The position numbers were made by a program, and so were the translations under genes. Below are positions 1 through 10,759 of a stretch of DNA of 64,000 nt, in pieces. The stretch is from positions 1-64,000 of IMG/VR virus record IMGVR_UViG_3300030060_007423; one strand, given 5' to 3'. This DNA is from a virus. Numbering within the stretch: the stretch's first letter is position 1; every line of letters begins with the position of its first letter. A model generated the notes under the pieces. It ran no database searches. It saw only the letters and a program-made list of their open reading frames with translations, and was not told the DNA's origin.

Positions 1-2
1 CT

Positions 3-470
3 ATAGAATCCACAACAACAGTTACTCATGGTGGTGATTGGGATACGTCATCTACATCCATAGTTCGACTAGAATGTCCTTATAGAACTAAATCTGTAAT
101 TGGTGTACCGTATGATACATTTCCATTTATGAAAGAAATATTTACCAATATGTTTGCTGCTGTCATTGATTCAGACTTTTCACTGGAAGGTCCACCGTAC
201 CTTGCTAGGTATGATGTAGGTGACAGGCATAGTACCCATGTAGATAAAAATGACACATGGCCAAACAGACATTGGCTAGCAAGTATTCAATTATCAGACC
301 CTAATTTATATCGAGGAGGTGATCTTTATGTAGATAGGAGCTATGGTGACTTTACAGTTTACGGGCCACGAGATAAGGGCTGTGGTATAATTTACAATGG
401 GGATTTACAACACCTAGTTTCACCAATAACAGAAGGTTCAAGATATTCATTATCAGAGAGTGCTGGATAA
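3..470 (+). CDS. 2OG-Fe(II) oxygenase (prolyl-4-hydroxylase-like), 5' partial
   Basis: Frame is open from position 3; HxD (HVD), GGDL, distal H (LQHLVSPI) and RxS (RYS) motifs. Confidence 0.8.
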   Translation: MESTTTVTHGGDWDTSSTSIVRLECPYRTKSVIGVPYDTFPFMKEIFTNMFAAVIDSDFSLEGPPYLARYDVGDRHSTHVDKNDTWPNRHWLASIQLSDPNLYRGGDLYVDRSYGDFTVYGPRDKGCGIIYNGDLQHLVSPITEGSRYSLSESAG

Positions 471-541
471 ATGAATGATTGTGCTTAACTAATCATTTTA
501 ATAGTAATAAGTTTGATATTTATATAATAGGTATAACATAG

Positions 542-907
542 ATGGCAAATAAGACAAAAATAAAGTGGAAGGATGCAAACATCAAATGGGATGATGCAAA
601 AAGTGAGCAAGACGCATACAACGACGAGTTTGGCCAATTTGAGTTTACCTGGAATGATGTAGTTTTAATTGAGGAAATTATTGATGCTGTTGTTGGTGAA
701 GGTGCCGGCGGTAGTGTACAATCATACGTAGAAAAGGCTGAGGAAGAAAAGAAGAAAAGACTTGTTAGATTAGTCATGAGAAGACGAGGTATTAAAATGT
801 ATGATGAACAAAAAGAAGTAAAAAATATAACTGCACATGTAAAAGATATTGAAATGATTGTAGAAGAAGTAAAAAAATCAATCGTATTGGAGAATATAAA
901 TGTATAA
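542..907 (+). CDS. Hypothetical phage protein
   Basis: 121-aa ORF behind an ATATTTAT motif; overlaps next ORF. Confidence 0.7.
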   Translation: MANKTKIKWKDANIKWDDAKSEQDAYNDEFGQFEFTWNDVVLIEEIIDAVVGEGAGGSVQSYVEKAEEEKKKRLVRLVMRRRGIKMYDEQKEVKNITAHVKDIEMIVEEVKKSIVLENINV

Positions 908-1622
908 ATTGTATACCGATAAAACAGAAATTTTTGAATGTGATATTCAATTAACAGGTGCTAGTCTAAAAAATTCAAAGGCAAGATTAATTGTTGAGAC
1001 ACCAGATGTTAATTTACTTTTTAAGGGTGAAATATTAAAGGGTGGAAAATGTAGAGTTCCTGTTAAAAAATTAAAAGGAATTCTTGGTGAAACATCAGAA
1101 GGAAAAATAAAATTAGAAGTTATAGCAGATGATACATATTTTAATCCGTGGGAAAGCGAATTCAAGGTTGAAAGTAGTAAGCAAATTACTGTTGAGGTAA
1201 AATCACAATCATCAAATATAATTAAAGACGATTCTCCAAAAATGAAAGTAAATGTTCTAGGTGAAAACAATTCAACAACAAATACACCAGGAACTCGTGG
1301 ATATTCAGCATACCTTAAAAAGGGTGATGTAAAGAAGCAAAGAAAAAGTCTTAAAAAGTCAATTGAAAAAACAACAGGTTACAAACCAGCTAACGATGAA
1401 ATTTTTATTGAAGATGATATTACAATGTCAGAAAGAAAGCACATAGTAAACATAATGAAGTTATTAATTCGTGAAGATATTAATATCAAGAATCTTTCAA
1501 TAAAGAGAAACAAGCTAAATAAAATAGTTGCAGTATATACAAAAAGATTTCCAATAAACGAATCTGTAAAACCTAAAGTAATGGAAGGTGTTATAAAAGT
1601 ACTGTCAAAACTAAAAAAATAG
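900..1622 (+). CDS. Hypothetical protein
   Basis: 240-aa ORF with GGAG upstream. Confidence 0.7.
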   Translation: MYKLYTDKTEIFECDIQLTGASLKNSKARLIVETPDVNLLFKGEILKGGKCRVPVKKLKGILGETSEGKIKLEVIADDTYFNPWESEFKVESSKQITVEVKSQSSNIIKDDSPKMKVNVLGENNSTTNTPGTRGYSAYLKKGDVKKQRKSLKKSIEKTTGYKPANDEIFIEDDITMSERKHIVNIMKLLIREDINIKNLSIKRNKLNKIVAVYTKRFPINESVKPKVMEGVIKVLSKLKK

Positions 1623-1634
1623 GGAATGTAGGTA

Positions 1635-4600
1635 ATGCCCACAAATCTATCAGGCAGTAATATATCAGATACTTTTCAACAAGTTCTTCACACAACCGGT
1701 GATGGAAACATGTATGATGGTACGGGTTCTATTTTTATACCCCTATCAGCTAGTCATGAAATCACAACAGAACTTTCTTCATCACATGCATCTGTAGCAG
1801 ACTCACTAACACCAGGTGTTGACATAGATGCGAGAAATATAACAGCATCAGGAAATATAAGTTCTAGTGGAAATTTAATATTAGATAAAATTACAGGTCA
1901 AATAACAGCTTCTAAAATGATTATTGGGTCTAGTAATGAATTTGTAGTAACTGAAACTCATATCAAAACAAATACAGCAAATATAACTCACAATGATGGA
2001 AATGATGGTGTATTTTGGAAGTTCAAAGGTGAAAATGATGATAATCTTTTATACTTAAATGCACCTGAAGATAATGTTAAAATTGGTGGTGTACCGGGTT
2101 TAGGAGATAAAAAATTAACAGTAATTGGTGATATAAGTGCAAGTGGTGAAGTATATGCCAATAAATTTGTTGTTCAGAACACCCCAGCTTTAGGTAATTC
2201 TGGAGCTGAATTAAGACTTGGGGTTAATTCTAATTGGACAGCAACTCGTATAGGTAATTCTGGAGGTAGTACTATACTTGCTAGTCCAATAACAGCCTCA
2301 GGTGATATAAGTTCAAGTGGAAACATTTTTACATCTGGAAGTATTGGTGTAGGAACTGATAGTCCAGATGAAGCAATACATATCAAAGGACCAACACCTA
2401 GACTTAAAATAGAAGCCGCTGCAAACGGTACACCAAAAATAGAATTCAAAAACAATCAATCACCTACATTTGCTATTAAAAATGTTTTTGGAGATGGAGG
2501 ACTTCAAATTGCATCCGAAGGAGGTCCTGCAAAATCATTTGTAACTATTGGTGCAAATGATGGTGACATTATTGAATTAAGTGGTAGTGTAAATGTAACT
2601 GGTCCTGCAGGTACTATAACTGCATCAGGTGATATAAGTTCAAGTGACGGAATATATGCAAAAAATTATTATATAAAAGATGGGGAAGTTATTGCAGCCG
2701 CTGCAGGTACAACATTTTTTGGAAGATTGGGTCAAAAGACAACCATTACTGGTTCAAGAATTCTACTACAATCTAATGTAACAGCTTCAGGTGGTATACA
2801 AGCCAGCCATCTTCATGTTGGTGTAGGTGGAGTTCCAATTACTGATAGAATAGCACACTTAAGTAATTCAGGCAGTAGTACATACCTAAGACTATCAACA
2901 GTTGGAAATCACAACCAACTTATTGAATTCCAAAACCTACAAGAAGAACCAGATTTCACAATAGGAACTTATCATTCTGATGGTGGTTTTCAAGTCAGGT
3001 CCGATAACAAAACATTTTTAATAGTTGGTGCAGATGATGGTGACGAAATTTTTGCAAGTGGTAGTCTTAGAGTATCAGGTGACATAAGTGGTAGTGCAAC
3101 ATCAACAGGTTCATTTCAAGAAATTCGTACTAACTTTTTACGGGATATAGATGACCCAACAACTGGTATTGACTTTACATACGGTGACCAAGTACATCAT
3201 CGTGTTAACAATACTTCATACATAAGATTACGGGATACTTCTCAGGACATAGTAAGAATAAATGAAGGCTTTGCTGATATAGATTTTGAAGTACATGGTG
3301 ATAATCATTTATTATTAAAAACTGATGCAGCTGAAGATTATGTAGAAGTATCAGGTAGTTTAAGAGTTACAGGACAGGGTTATATAACTGCATCAGATAT
3401 AAGTGCAAGTAGTGAGATTATTGCGGAGAATTTGAGAGTGCCTGGAACACTTGCCTCAACTGGTATTTTTATAGATGCATTATCACCTGGTAAACCAACA
3501 ATAAATGCAAATAGTGGTAGGTTAATAATAGGTGCAGCACATTCATCATATACTGGTCAAGGTGTAACAATATTTTCATCAGGTTCAGGTGAAGGGCTAA
3601 AAATGGATGCGCTCGGAAACATAACAGCATCTGGTGATATAAGTGCAAGTGGTGAAATTTTTACAACTGACTTTTATGCACCTATTGGTATAAATGATGG
3701 GTATCATATTGGTGTAGGAGCAGCTGCAGGAAAACCTATACTTTCAATGGCAAACTCAGGCTCAGCCCTCAGAATAGGAGCAGATCACTCTACATACCTA
3801 GCAAGTGGTGTCAATATTTTTACTACTGGTTCCGATGGTTCAAAAGGATTATTTTTAGATAGTGGTGGTAACATAACATCATCAGGTAATATATCTGCAT
3901 CTCAAGGATTTTTTGATTATTTATACACTGGTGTTGAAATAGGTGAAAATGAAGTAACAGGTACCAATGAAGGTGCACTATTAAAAATTCATGCTTCAAG
4001 TTTTGCTTATAGTTCACAAATACAGTTCAAAGGTGCAGACACAGTAAGGTGGTCACTTGGTTTTCCATCCATAGCAGCTGGTGACAATGATTTTGTAATT
4101 CAACAGGGTTCAAATACAGCACTTAATGCATCAGGTAATTTTGTAATAAAGAGTGGTAGTAGCAATGTTGGTATTAATTATAAAGCTGGTGACGATATAC
4201 CTGCAAAATTATCAGTGGATGGGAACATATATACTACAGGCAATATAACAGCTTCAGGTAATATATATGTAGGTGATTATCTTTATTCTAATGGAAATTT
4301 TATTTTAGGTGAAATTGGTGGTCTTCAAAAGTTTGGTAATACTAATTTAACAAACGACTATTTAGGAAAATCACATATCTTCTCTACTGCTATAACAGCA
4401 TCCGGAGATATAAGTGCAAGTGGTATTGTAACTGTCAATCAATTAAGAGTTGATGGAAGAATATATCCAAACTATCCATTATCATCAGATCACTTTATAA
4501 GAAATACATCAGCTAATAACCCAATAGTAAGTGCAGTAGGTGGATTTCATACAGATGGAAATGTAACAGCTTCAGGTGATATAAGTGCAAGTGGGACAGT

Positions 4601-6368
4601 ATTTGCAGATAAATTTAGAGCAAGTCAATTTGGTGCTGATACTTCAACAAATAACTACGTAGCGTTTAATAGTACCCTACATCAAACTAATTTTGTTAAT
4701 GGTGGAACAACGTCTGCTACATTTGATAATTCATATATTGAATTAAATAGAAACATAACTGGTTCAGGTCAAATTTCAATGAGTGGTACTGGTGATCACA
4801 CTCTTGGTGGAAACCTAACAGTTCATGGTAGAATCAGGTCAGTAGGTTCTGATGTTACAATTGAAAATGGTACTATTACATTGTCAGGAAACATAAGTGG
4901 TAGTTTAACATCAACAGGTTCCTTTGCACATATTGTAACCGAGGGTGATACAGTTGAATTTAGAAGTGCTGGTAGTAAAATTGGTCAATTAAAAGTTGAC
5001 GATAGTACAGGATTTTCATTTGACACAGCAGATGGTACAGATAGAAAACCAGTAAGAATGGGTGAATTGCAAACTAAAACAATTCAAGTCGGTGGTAATA
5101 TAACAGCATCAGGTGATATAAGTGCAAGTAATGGAATAATAACTGCACACTCTTATGTAATACATAATAACAATTTAGCCACAAGACATGGTTCTGGTGA
5201 AATTGATTTGGGAAATGATAATGATATTATTGAAATACATGGAACAAGTATAAAGTTAGATGCGAACATAACAGCATCAGGTGGTATAAGTGCAAGTAAT
5301 GATATTCAAGGAAAAGGATTTTATACACCAACTGCAAGATTTTATGATGCATCTGCAAATAATGCAGCTATTCAAAGAAGTGATGGTGCAGCATTAGATA
5401 CATTACAACTAAAAGCGGACAGTGTAGAAACCACTACTATCAATTTAACAGGTAATATAAGCGCAAGTGGTCATATAAGTGCAAGTGGAAATGTAACAGC
5501 TGATAGGTTTATATCAAATGGACTTAATATTGGTATTGGAAATGCTTTAGAGGGTGTTCGTATTGGCTTTCAAAACTACACTCCTATTTCATTTGGAAAA
5601 GCCGCAAACCCAGCATTTTTCTATGGTGCAATAACTGCATCAAGTCGTATAAGTGCAAGTGGATTAGTAGCTGCAAATCAATTATATCTTGATTCAGGTG
5701 ACAATGGTATTGCATTTATTACATCTGCCTCAACCGCTAATCTAGGCGGGTCAATTGGACAACACAATGAAGGTATAGGAATCTCAATTCAACCAGGGAG
5801 TACATCAGCAGTTGCAACAGGTTTAATGATAACGTCATCAATATTTCCAGATGATAATACGGATCATAGGCATGGTATACATACTAAAGTTTCAATAGGA
5901 CGAGCTGTTGACTCAGGCTCAAGATTAAACTTTAATGTTTCAGGTTCATCAATGATTGGTAAGCGTGATATGGATTACTTAAACCATACACAAGTAGGTA
6001 TGGACGCACAAGGTGATATTATTAGACACGTATCAAATGTACAAACAATACCAGGTGCAATCTATACATTCTTAAGTAATGGAAATATTGGACTTGCAGA
6101 CAAAGACAGTGTAACTTCAACAGGTTCACTATTTATGGGTATTGGTTCTGGTGGTTCACAAAATGATGGATTGTTAATGAGAGGAGTAATCAAAACACAT
6201 ACATCATATGACCAACATTTTGGTGGGCCATTATGGTTAGGTGACAACGGCTCTGCATCAATTGCACCACCATCCGACGCTTCTGATATTGCAAGAATAA
6301 TTGGATATGTAATGAGTGGTTCAACAATATACTTTAATCCAGACAATTCATTTGTTAAGAGGTCATAA
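1635..6368 (+). CDS. Long virion fibre protein (tail or head fibre) with ITASGDISAS repeats
   Basis: 1577 aa, G/S/T-rich, about 15 copies of [IV]TASG[DN]IS[AS]S, GIGTDSP fibre-type motif. Confidence 0.75.
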   Translation: MPTNLSGSNISDTFQQVLHTTGDGNMYDGTGSIFIPLSASHEITTELSSSHASVADSLTPGVDIDARNITASGNISSSGNLILDKITGQITASKMIIGSSNEFVVTETHIKTNTANITHNDGNDGVFWKFKGENDDNLLYLNAPEDNVKIGGVPGLGDKKLTVIGDISASGEVYANKFVVQNTPALGNSGAELRLGVNSNWTATRIGNSGGSTILASPITASGDISSSGNIFTSGSIGVGTDSPDEAIHIKGPTPRLKIEAAANGTPKIEFKNNQSPTFAIKNVFGDGGLQIASEGGPAKSFVTIGANDGDIIELSGSVNVTGPAGTITASGDISSSDGIYAKNYYIKDGEVIAAAAGTTFFGRLGQKTTITGSRILLQSNVTASGGIQASHLHVGVGGVPITDRIAHLSNSGSSTYLRLSTVGNHNQLIEFQNLQEEPDFTIGTYHSDGGFQVRSDNKTFLIVGADDGDEIFASGSLRVSGDISGSATSTGSFQEIRTNFLRDIDDPTTGIDFTYGDQVHHRVNNTSYIRLRDTSQDIVRINEGFADIDFEVHGDNHLLLKTDAAEDYVEVSGSLRVTGQGYITASDISASSEIIAENLRVPGTLASTGIFIDALSPGKPTINANSGRLIIGAAHSSYTGQGVTIFSSGSGEGLKMDALGNITASGDISASGEIFTTDFYAPIGINDGYHIGVGAAAGKPILSMANSGSALRIGADHSTYLASGVNIFTTGSDGSKGLFLDSGGNITSSGNISASQGFFDYLYTGVEIGENEVTGTNEGALLKIHASSFAYSSQIQFKGADTVRWSLGFPSIAAGDNDFVIQQGSNTALNASGNFVIKSGSSNVGINYKAGDDIPAKLSVDGNIYTTGNITASGNIYVGDYLYSNGNFILGEIGGLQKFGNTNLTNDYLGKSHIFSTAITASGDISASGIVTVNQLRVDGRIYPNYPLSSDHFIRNTSANNPIVSAVGGFHTDGNVTASGDISASGTVFADKFRASQFGADTSTNNYVAFNSTLHQTNFVNGGTTSATFDNSYIELNRNITGSGQISMSGTGDHTLGGNLTVHGRIRSVGSDVTIENGTITLSGNISGSLTSTGSFAHIVTEGDTVEFRSAGSKIGQLKVDDSTGFSFDTADGTDRKPVRMGELQTKTIQVGGNITASGDISASNGIITAHSYVIHNNNLATRHGSGEIDLGNDNDIIEIHGTSIKLDANITASGGISASNDIQGKGFYTPTARFYDASANNAAIQRSDGAALDTLQLKADSVETTTINLTGNISASGHISASGNVTADRFISNGLNIGIGNALEGVRIGFQNYTPISFGKAANPAFFYGAITASSRISASGLVAANQLYLDSGDNGIAFITSASTANLGGSIGQHNEGIGISIQPGSTSAVATGLMITSSIFPDDNTDHRHGIHTKVSIGRAVDSGSRLNFNVSGSSMIGKRDMDYLNHTQVGMDAQGDIIRHVSNVQTIPGAIYTFLSNGNIGLADKDSVTSTGSLFMGIGSGGSQNDGLLMRGVIKTHTSYDQHFGGPLWLGDNGSASIAPPSDASDIARIIGYVMSGSTIYFNPDNSFVKRS

Positions 6369-6370
6369 TC

Positions 6371-6931
6371 ATGAATTATCTTGAAGCTTCCCTTACATTT
6401 GAGTCTGATAAGATTTATTATTCTGATGGTACATCAACATTTGAAGTAATGATGGATTGGGAAGACTCATTGATGTCAGCATCAGCTGCCTATGTTTGTG
6501 AAGGTGGAGGTGATATATTGGAAGTAGGTTTTGGTATGGGCATATCTGCTGGCTATATGCATTCTCATTCAATCTCTTCTCACACTATAATTGAAAATCA
6601 TCCAGATATAATTCCTAAAGCAATTGCATGGGCAAATGAAAAATCAAATGTTACAGTTGTAACTTCAAGTTGGTATGACATTAAAGATTCACTATCAACA
6701 TATGATGGTATATTTTATGATACTTATGGCGACCAAAACATGAATAACTTTAGTTCATCACTAGCTAGTTTGACAAAGTCAGGTACTCGTGTAACATGGT
6801 GGAATAACAATAACTCTGCAACAAATTATTACAACATACATAATGTAACATATCAAGAAATATCAGTTTCACCACAAACAAATGGATATTTTAATCACAC
6901 AACATATTACTTACCAAGGAGACAGTTCTAA
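6371..6931 (+). CDS. SAM-dependent methyltransferase, GAMT/RMT2-like
   Basis: VMMDWE, LEVGFGMG (motif I), HTIIENHP and DGIFYDTY motifs. Confidence 0.8.
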   Translation: MNYLEASLTFESDKIYYSDGTSTFEVMMDWEDSLMSASAAYVCEGGGDILEVGFGMGISAGYMHSHSISSHTIIENHPDIIPKAIAWANEKSNVTVVTSSWYDIKDSLSTYDGIFYDTYGDQNMNNFSSSLASLTKSGTRVTWWNNNNSATNYYNIHNVTYQEISVSPQTNGYFNHTTYYLPRRQF

Positions 6932-7662
6932 TGGCGGAGTTACAAGCAAGTTCGTTTAAGCGAGTGTCTGTAACATTATCAGATGGTACAAGCTTTGGTG
7001 GTGTACGAGCTGCAACCACAGGAACTAGTAATGGCTCTATTACAACCTCATTTAATGCAGCCGTTCAAATAATTAAAGATGCAGGTAGAGGTGCTGGAAC
7101 ATTTAGAGTTAGACGTGGATTTTTAGCATTTGATACATCAGGTATAACAGGTACTGTGTCATCAGCAACGCTTTCACTCACAGTTTCTCACGCCAGTGCA
7201 GACTTACCAAAAATGGCCATTGTTAGGGGAGAAGCCGATGGTTCTTCCACCGGTCATTTTGATTCTATTACTGGTTTCAATAATAGTGCAACTATGTCTG
7301 GAAATGTAACGGATTTAATTGATGGAACAAATGCAACTAACTTTTCTGGTGTTTCAACAAATACCACAGTTACAATTACATTAAATTCAACAGCCCGTGG
7401 AATTATTACATCAGAAGATGATTTGTACATAGTATTGGTTTCATATGAATATGATTACTTGCTTGTAGAACCATCAGGAAACGGATTTTTTGATGTAGGA
7501 CTTTATGGAACTAGTGTTGGTACCACATCATACCGACCTCATATTGATTATGTTGAAGTAGTTTCCGGGTATAGTCATGATGTAAATGGAATTGACTCTG
7601 ATGATATTGGTGAAATAAATACAATAGCTTCTGCAAATGTTGAATTATTTAATGGAGTATAA
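6931..7662 (+). CDS. Putative virion protein with DNRLRE/CBM96-like beta-sandwich
   Basis: RGFLAFDTSGI..VSSATLSL ... RPHI pattern; short C-terminal xNGx repeats. Confidence 0.55.
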   Translation: MAELQASSFKRVSVTLSDGTSFGGVRAATTGTSNGSITTSFNAAVQIIKDAGRGAGTFRVRRGFLAFDTSGITGTVSSATLSLTVSHASADLPKMAIVRGEADGSSTGHFDSITGFNNSATMSGNVTDLIDGTNATNFSGVSTNTTVTITLNSTARGIITSEDDLYIVLVSYEYDYLLVEPSGNGFFDVGLYGTSVGTTSYRPHIDYVEVVSGYSHDVNGIDSDDIGEINTIASANVELFNGV

Positions 7663-7680
7663 TATTTATATTAATAAAGT

Positions 7681-10128
7681 ATGATTAAGGAAAACAATAT
7701 GCAATTAGGAAACTGGCTAGCTGAACAAATACTTTTAGAGCAATCTAATATAAAAACCGTTGTTGCAATTTACCCAGGTAGATTTCAACCAATGGGAAAA
7801 CATCATGCACAAACCTACCGTGCACTAACATCAAAGTTTGATGATGTTTGGGTTGCAACAAGTGGAAAGGTTAGTCTTCCAAAGTCACCGTTTTCTTTTG
7901 GCGAAAAAAAGAAGATAATAAACTCTCATGGAATATCAAAGGTAAAACAGGTCAAAAATCCATACCAAGCTACAGAGATATTAAATAAGTATGACCCAGA
8001 AACAACAGCTGCCGTATTCATTGTTGGTAAGAAAGATGCAAGCAGATTAGGGGGCAAGTTTTTTAGGCCCTGGAAGGGTAAAGCACAAATCGGATATAAG
8101 GATGGCGCATATACATATATAGCACCACATGTGTCCCTAAGTGTTCCAGGCTATGGAGAAATGAGTGGAACTGCAATACGCAAAGCTCTAGGCGATACAT
8201 CACTTGAAAAGAAAGATAAAGTAAAAGTATTTAAGGGAATATTTGGCCACACAAAAAATTATGATTTCATTGTAAAGAAACTTGAAAAGTTAAATGAGAT
8301 TGTTGAAGGCTTTGTAAATAGTTTTGATTTTAGTAAATTTATTAATGAAACATCAGCAACACCAAATAATAATTCAGATGTAGATGATGGACCAAGATAT
8401 TTTTATGGCTATCAAAAAGCGTATAGGGAATCCACAGCTGAGATTGCAAAGAGCTTAGGTATGAGTGTATTAAATTATATTGTTGGTGATGAAGAGTTTT
8501 TTCAACATGACACTGTATACCCTAATGGTCCAACTGGTGCCGTTTCATATTTTCCAACAGGTGTACCCGGCCAACAAACTGGTACAAATGTTTACAAAGA
8601 CTCAGTTGGAAAAGTTGCATATAAAAAATACATAGAACACATTTCAGCTGTTGCACAACAAGTTGGTTATAAGTTTATTGATTTTATTAGTTTAGATAAA
8701 TTTATAGATGATAGCCCAGACGAACCAAAAAACATTACCAAATATGATTTAACAGAAAACATAAATTTACCAATAGAGGTTGGTGATACTGTTATGATGG
8801 GAAAGTTCAAAAATAAAAAAGTTGTTGTTAAAGATATATCTTGGAATGATAAGGGTGACTTATTAATAAATGGAAGACCTGCATTAAAAATTAGAATACC
8901 TAAAAAACAAAATATATTTAATGAAGGTTTAATTTTAGAAGGCGGTGCATACGGTCATATGTCTCACCCATTTGATGATAAAGGATTAACATTTGGTGAT
9001 TTCAAAAAAATAATTGAACTAGGACTTCAAGGAAGTATAGATTTAGAACAATCAGCAACTGAAAAAACAGATGGTCAAAATTTATTTATTAGTTGGAATA
9101 ATAAATTAGTTGCTGCAAGAAATACTGGTGATATAAAGCGTGGTGGAAAAGATTCTAAAGCAATTGCAAAAAAGTTTGCTGGCAGAGGAAATATAGAAAA
9201 AGCATTTAATTATGCAATGAGAGATTTATCAAAGGCAATTGGTGGATTGAGTGATAAACAAAAAAAGAAAATATTTGATGATGGAAACAACTGGGTGAAT
9301 ATGGAAATAATGTACCCGGCATCCTCAAATGTAATTAATTATGATGCACCATATTTACAATTTCACAATGTATTAAAATATAAAAATGGAAGTGCAGTTG
9401 GTGCCGTACATGATGGTGCAAGAATATTGGCTGGAATGGTTAAGCAAACAAATCAAAATGTACAAAAAAGTTTTAGTGTTATTGGACCTAAAATATTAAA
9501 GGTTAAACCTCATCAAGATTTTGGTGCAAAAAAATCATACTTTATTGGAAAGCTTAATAAATTGATGTCAAAATATAATATGGGAAATAGTAATACATTT
9601 GGCGAATATCATCAGGCATGGTGGGAAGATTATGTTGAAAAGAATTTAGGTGCAGTTGACAATACAATAAAGATGGGCTTGGTTAAACGCTGGGCATTTT
9701 TTGATAAATCATTTAGGTTAAATTCAAAAACAATTCCAGATAAAGACATCTTGACAAAAGTTATTGAAATTGACAAACAAAAACATGTAGACCAAGTAAA
9801 GAAAAATATGTTTCCATTTGAAACTTTGTTTTTTGAATTAGGTGCCGAGGTACTTAAAAATGTAGAAGGCTTTCTAGCCGGAAATCCAGAAAAAGCAGTT
9901 CAAAATGTTAGAAGACAAGTTGCAAAAGCAATTGGTGATGTTAGAAAAGGCGGTGACCTAAAAAAATTAAATAGATTAACACAACAACTTGAAAAGATAA
10001 AGGCTATTGGTGGATTCAAAACAATCATACCAAGTGAAGGTTTAGTTTTTATTTATAAAGGAAAAACATATAAGTTAACAGGAAGCTTTGGACCAGTAAA
10101 TCAAATCACTGGATTGATGAGCTTTTAG
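7681..10128 (+). CDS. Fusion of a cytidylyltransferase-like domain and a ligase-like (KxDG) nucleotidyltransferase domain; probable internal head protein
   Basis: N-terminal YPGRFQPMGKHH and MSGTAIR; C-terminal EGGAYGHMSHP, TEKTDG, EGLVF, YKLTG; alternative start at 7699 has AAGGA upstream. Confidence 0.7.
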   Translation: MIKENNMQLGNWLAEQILLEQSNIKTVVAIYPGRFQPMGKHHAQTYRALTSKFDDVWVATSGKVSLPKSPFSFGEKKKIINSHGISKVKQVKNPYQATEILNKYDPETTAAVFIVGKKDASRLGGKFFRPWKGKAQIGYKDGAYTYIAPHVSLSVPGYGEMSGTAIRKALGDTSLEKKDKVKVFKGIFGHTKNYDFIVKKLEKLNEIVEGFVNSFDFSKFINETSATPNNNSDVDDGPRYFYGYQKAYRESTAEIAKSLGMSVLNYIVGDEEFFQHDTVYPNGPTGAVSYFPTGVPGQQTGTNVYKDSVGKVAYKKYIEHISAVAQQVGYKFIDFISLDKFIDDSPDEPKNITKYDLTENINLPIEVGDTVMMGKFKNKKVVVKDISWNDKGDLLINGRPALKIRIPKKQNIFNEGLILEGGAYGHMSHPFDDKGLTFGDFKKIIELGLQGSIDLEQSATEKTDGQNLFISWNNKLVAARNTGDIKRGGKDSKAIAKKFAGRGNIEKAFNYAMRDLSKAIGGLSDKQKKKIFDDGNNWVNMEIMYPASSNVINYDAPYLQFHNVLKYKNGSAVGAVHDGARILAGMVKQTNQNVQKSFSVIGPKILKVKPHQDFGAKKSYFIGKLNKLMSKYNMGNSNTFGEYHQAWWEDYVEKNLGAVDNTIKMGLVKRWAFFDKSFRLNSKTIPDKDILTKVIEIDKQKHVDQVKKNMFPFETLFFELGAEVLKNVEGFLAGNPEKAVQNVRRQVAKAIGDVRKGGDLKKLNRLTQQLEKIKAIGGFKTIIPSEGLVFIYKGKTYKLTGSFGPVNQITGLMSF

Positions 10129-10176
10129 TATTTGACATTATATTTATAGATATATTATTTACAAAGATAGGGCAAT

Positions 10177-10755
10177 ATGAAAAAGGCTATTAGCGAAAGT
10201 AAAGTGCAGAGAATGAGAAACCTAGTAATGGGTAATCACAATGCAAAAACTAAAGTTCAGTCAGGTTATGTAACATCAACAGTTGAACATTCAGAAGGTG
10301 ATGTTTGGACTGAAGGTGGAAAAGAATGGACAATAAAAAACGGAATAAAACAAACTGTTAATAAATTAAATAGTATCCGTAAATTATTGTTTATGCCATT
10401 AACTTGTCCAGAATGTAATAGTAGAATGCGAGGTGAAATTGACAAAGCATCTTGGAACATAAATAAGAAATGTCATACATGTGTTGAAAAGGAAGAATCA
10501 AAACTTAAGACTAAAAATCTTACAGAAGTTAGAGCATATGAAAAAGAAGTTGTTAGTAGAATAAAAAAGGACGGTGAAATCTGGCTAAAAGATGTAACTA
10601 GTGAATTTGAAGATTTTATATCTGCTGATGTAAAAAATCAATATGTAACGGAGGCTGGGACAATTGAAGATTGGTCAGGCGGAAAGAGTAAAACACAACA
10701 AAGACAAGAATTTGACAAAAAGATAGCTAAAGCAAAGAAGAACATTGAGGAGTAA
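10177..10755 (+). CDS. Hypothetical protein with CxxC..CxxC zinc site
   Basis: CPEC...CHTC. Confidence 0.7.
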   Translation: MKKAISESKVQRMRNLVMGNHNAKTKVQSGYVTSTVEHSEGDVWTEGGKEWTIKNGIKQTVNKLNSIRKLLFMPLTCPECNSRMRGEIDKASWNINKKCHTCVEKEESKLKTKNLTEVRAYEKEVVSRIKKDGEIWLKDVTSEFEDFISADVKNQYVTEAGTIEDWSGGKSKTQQRQEFDKKIAKAKKNIEE

Positions 10756-10759
10756 AAAA

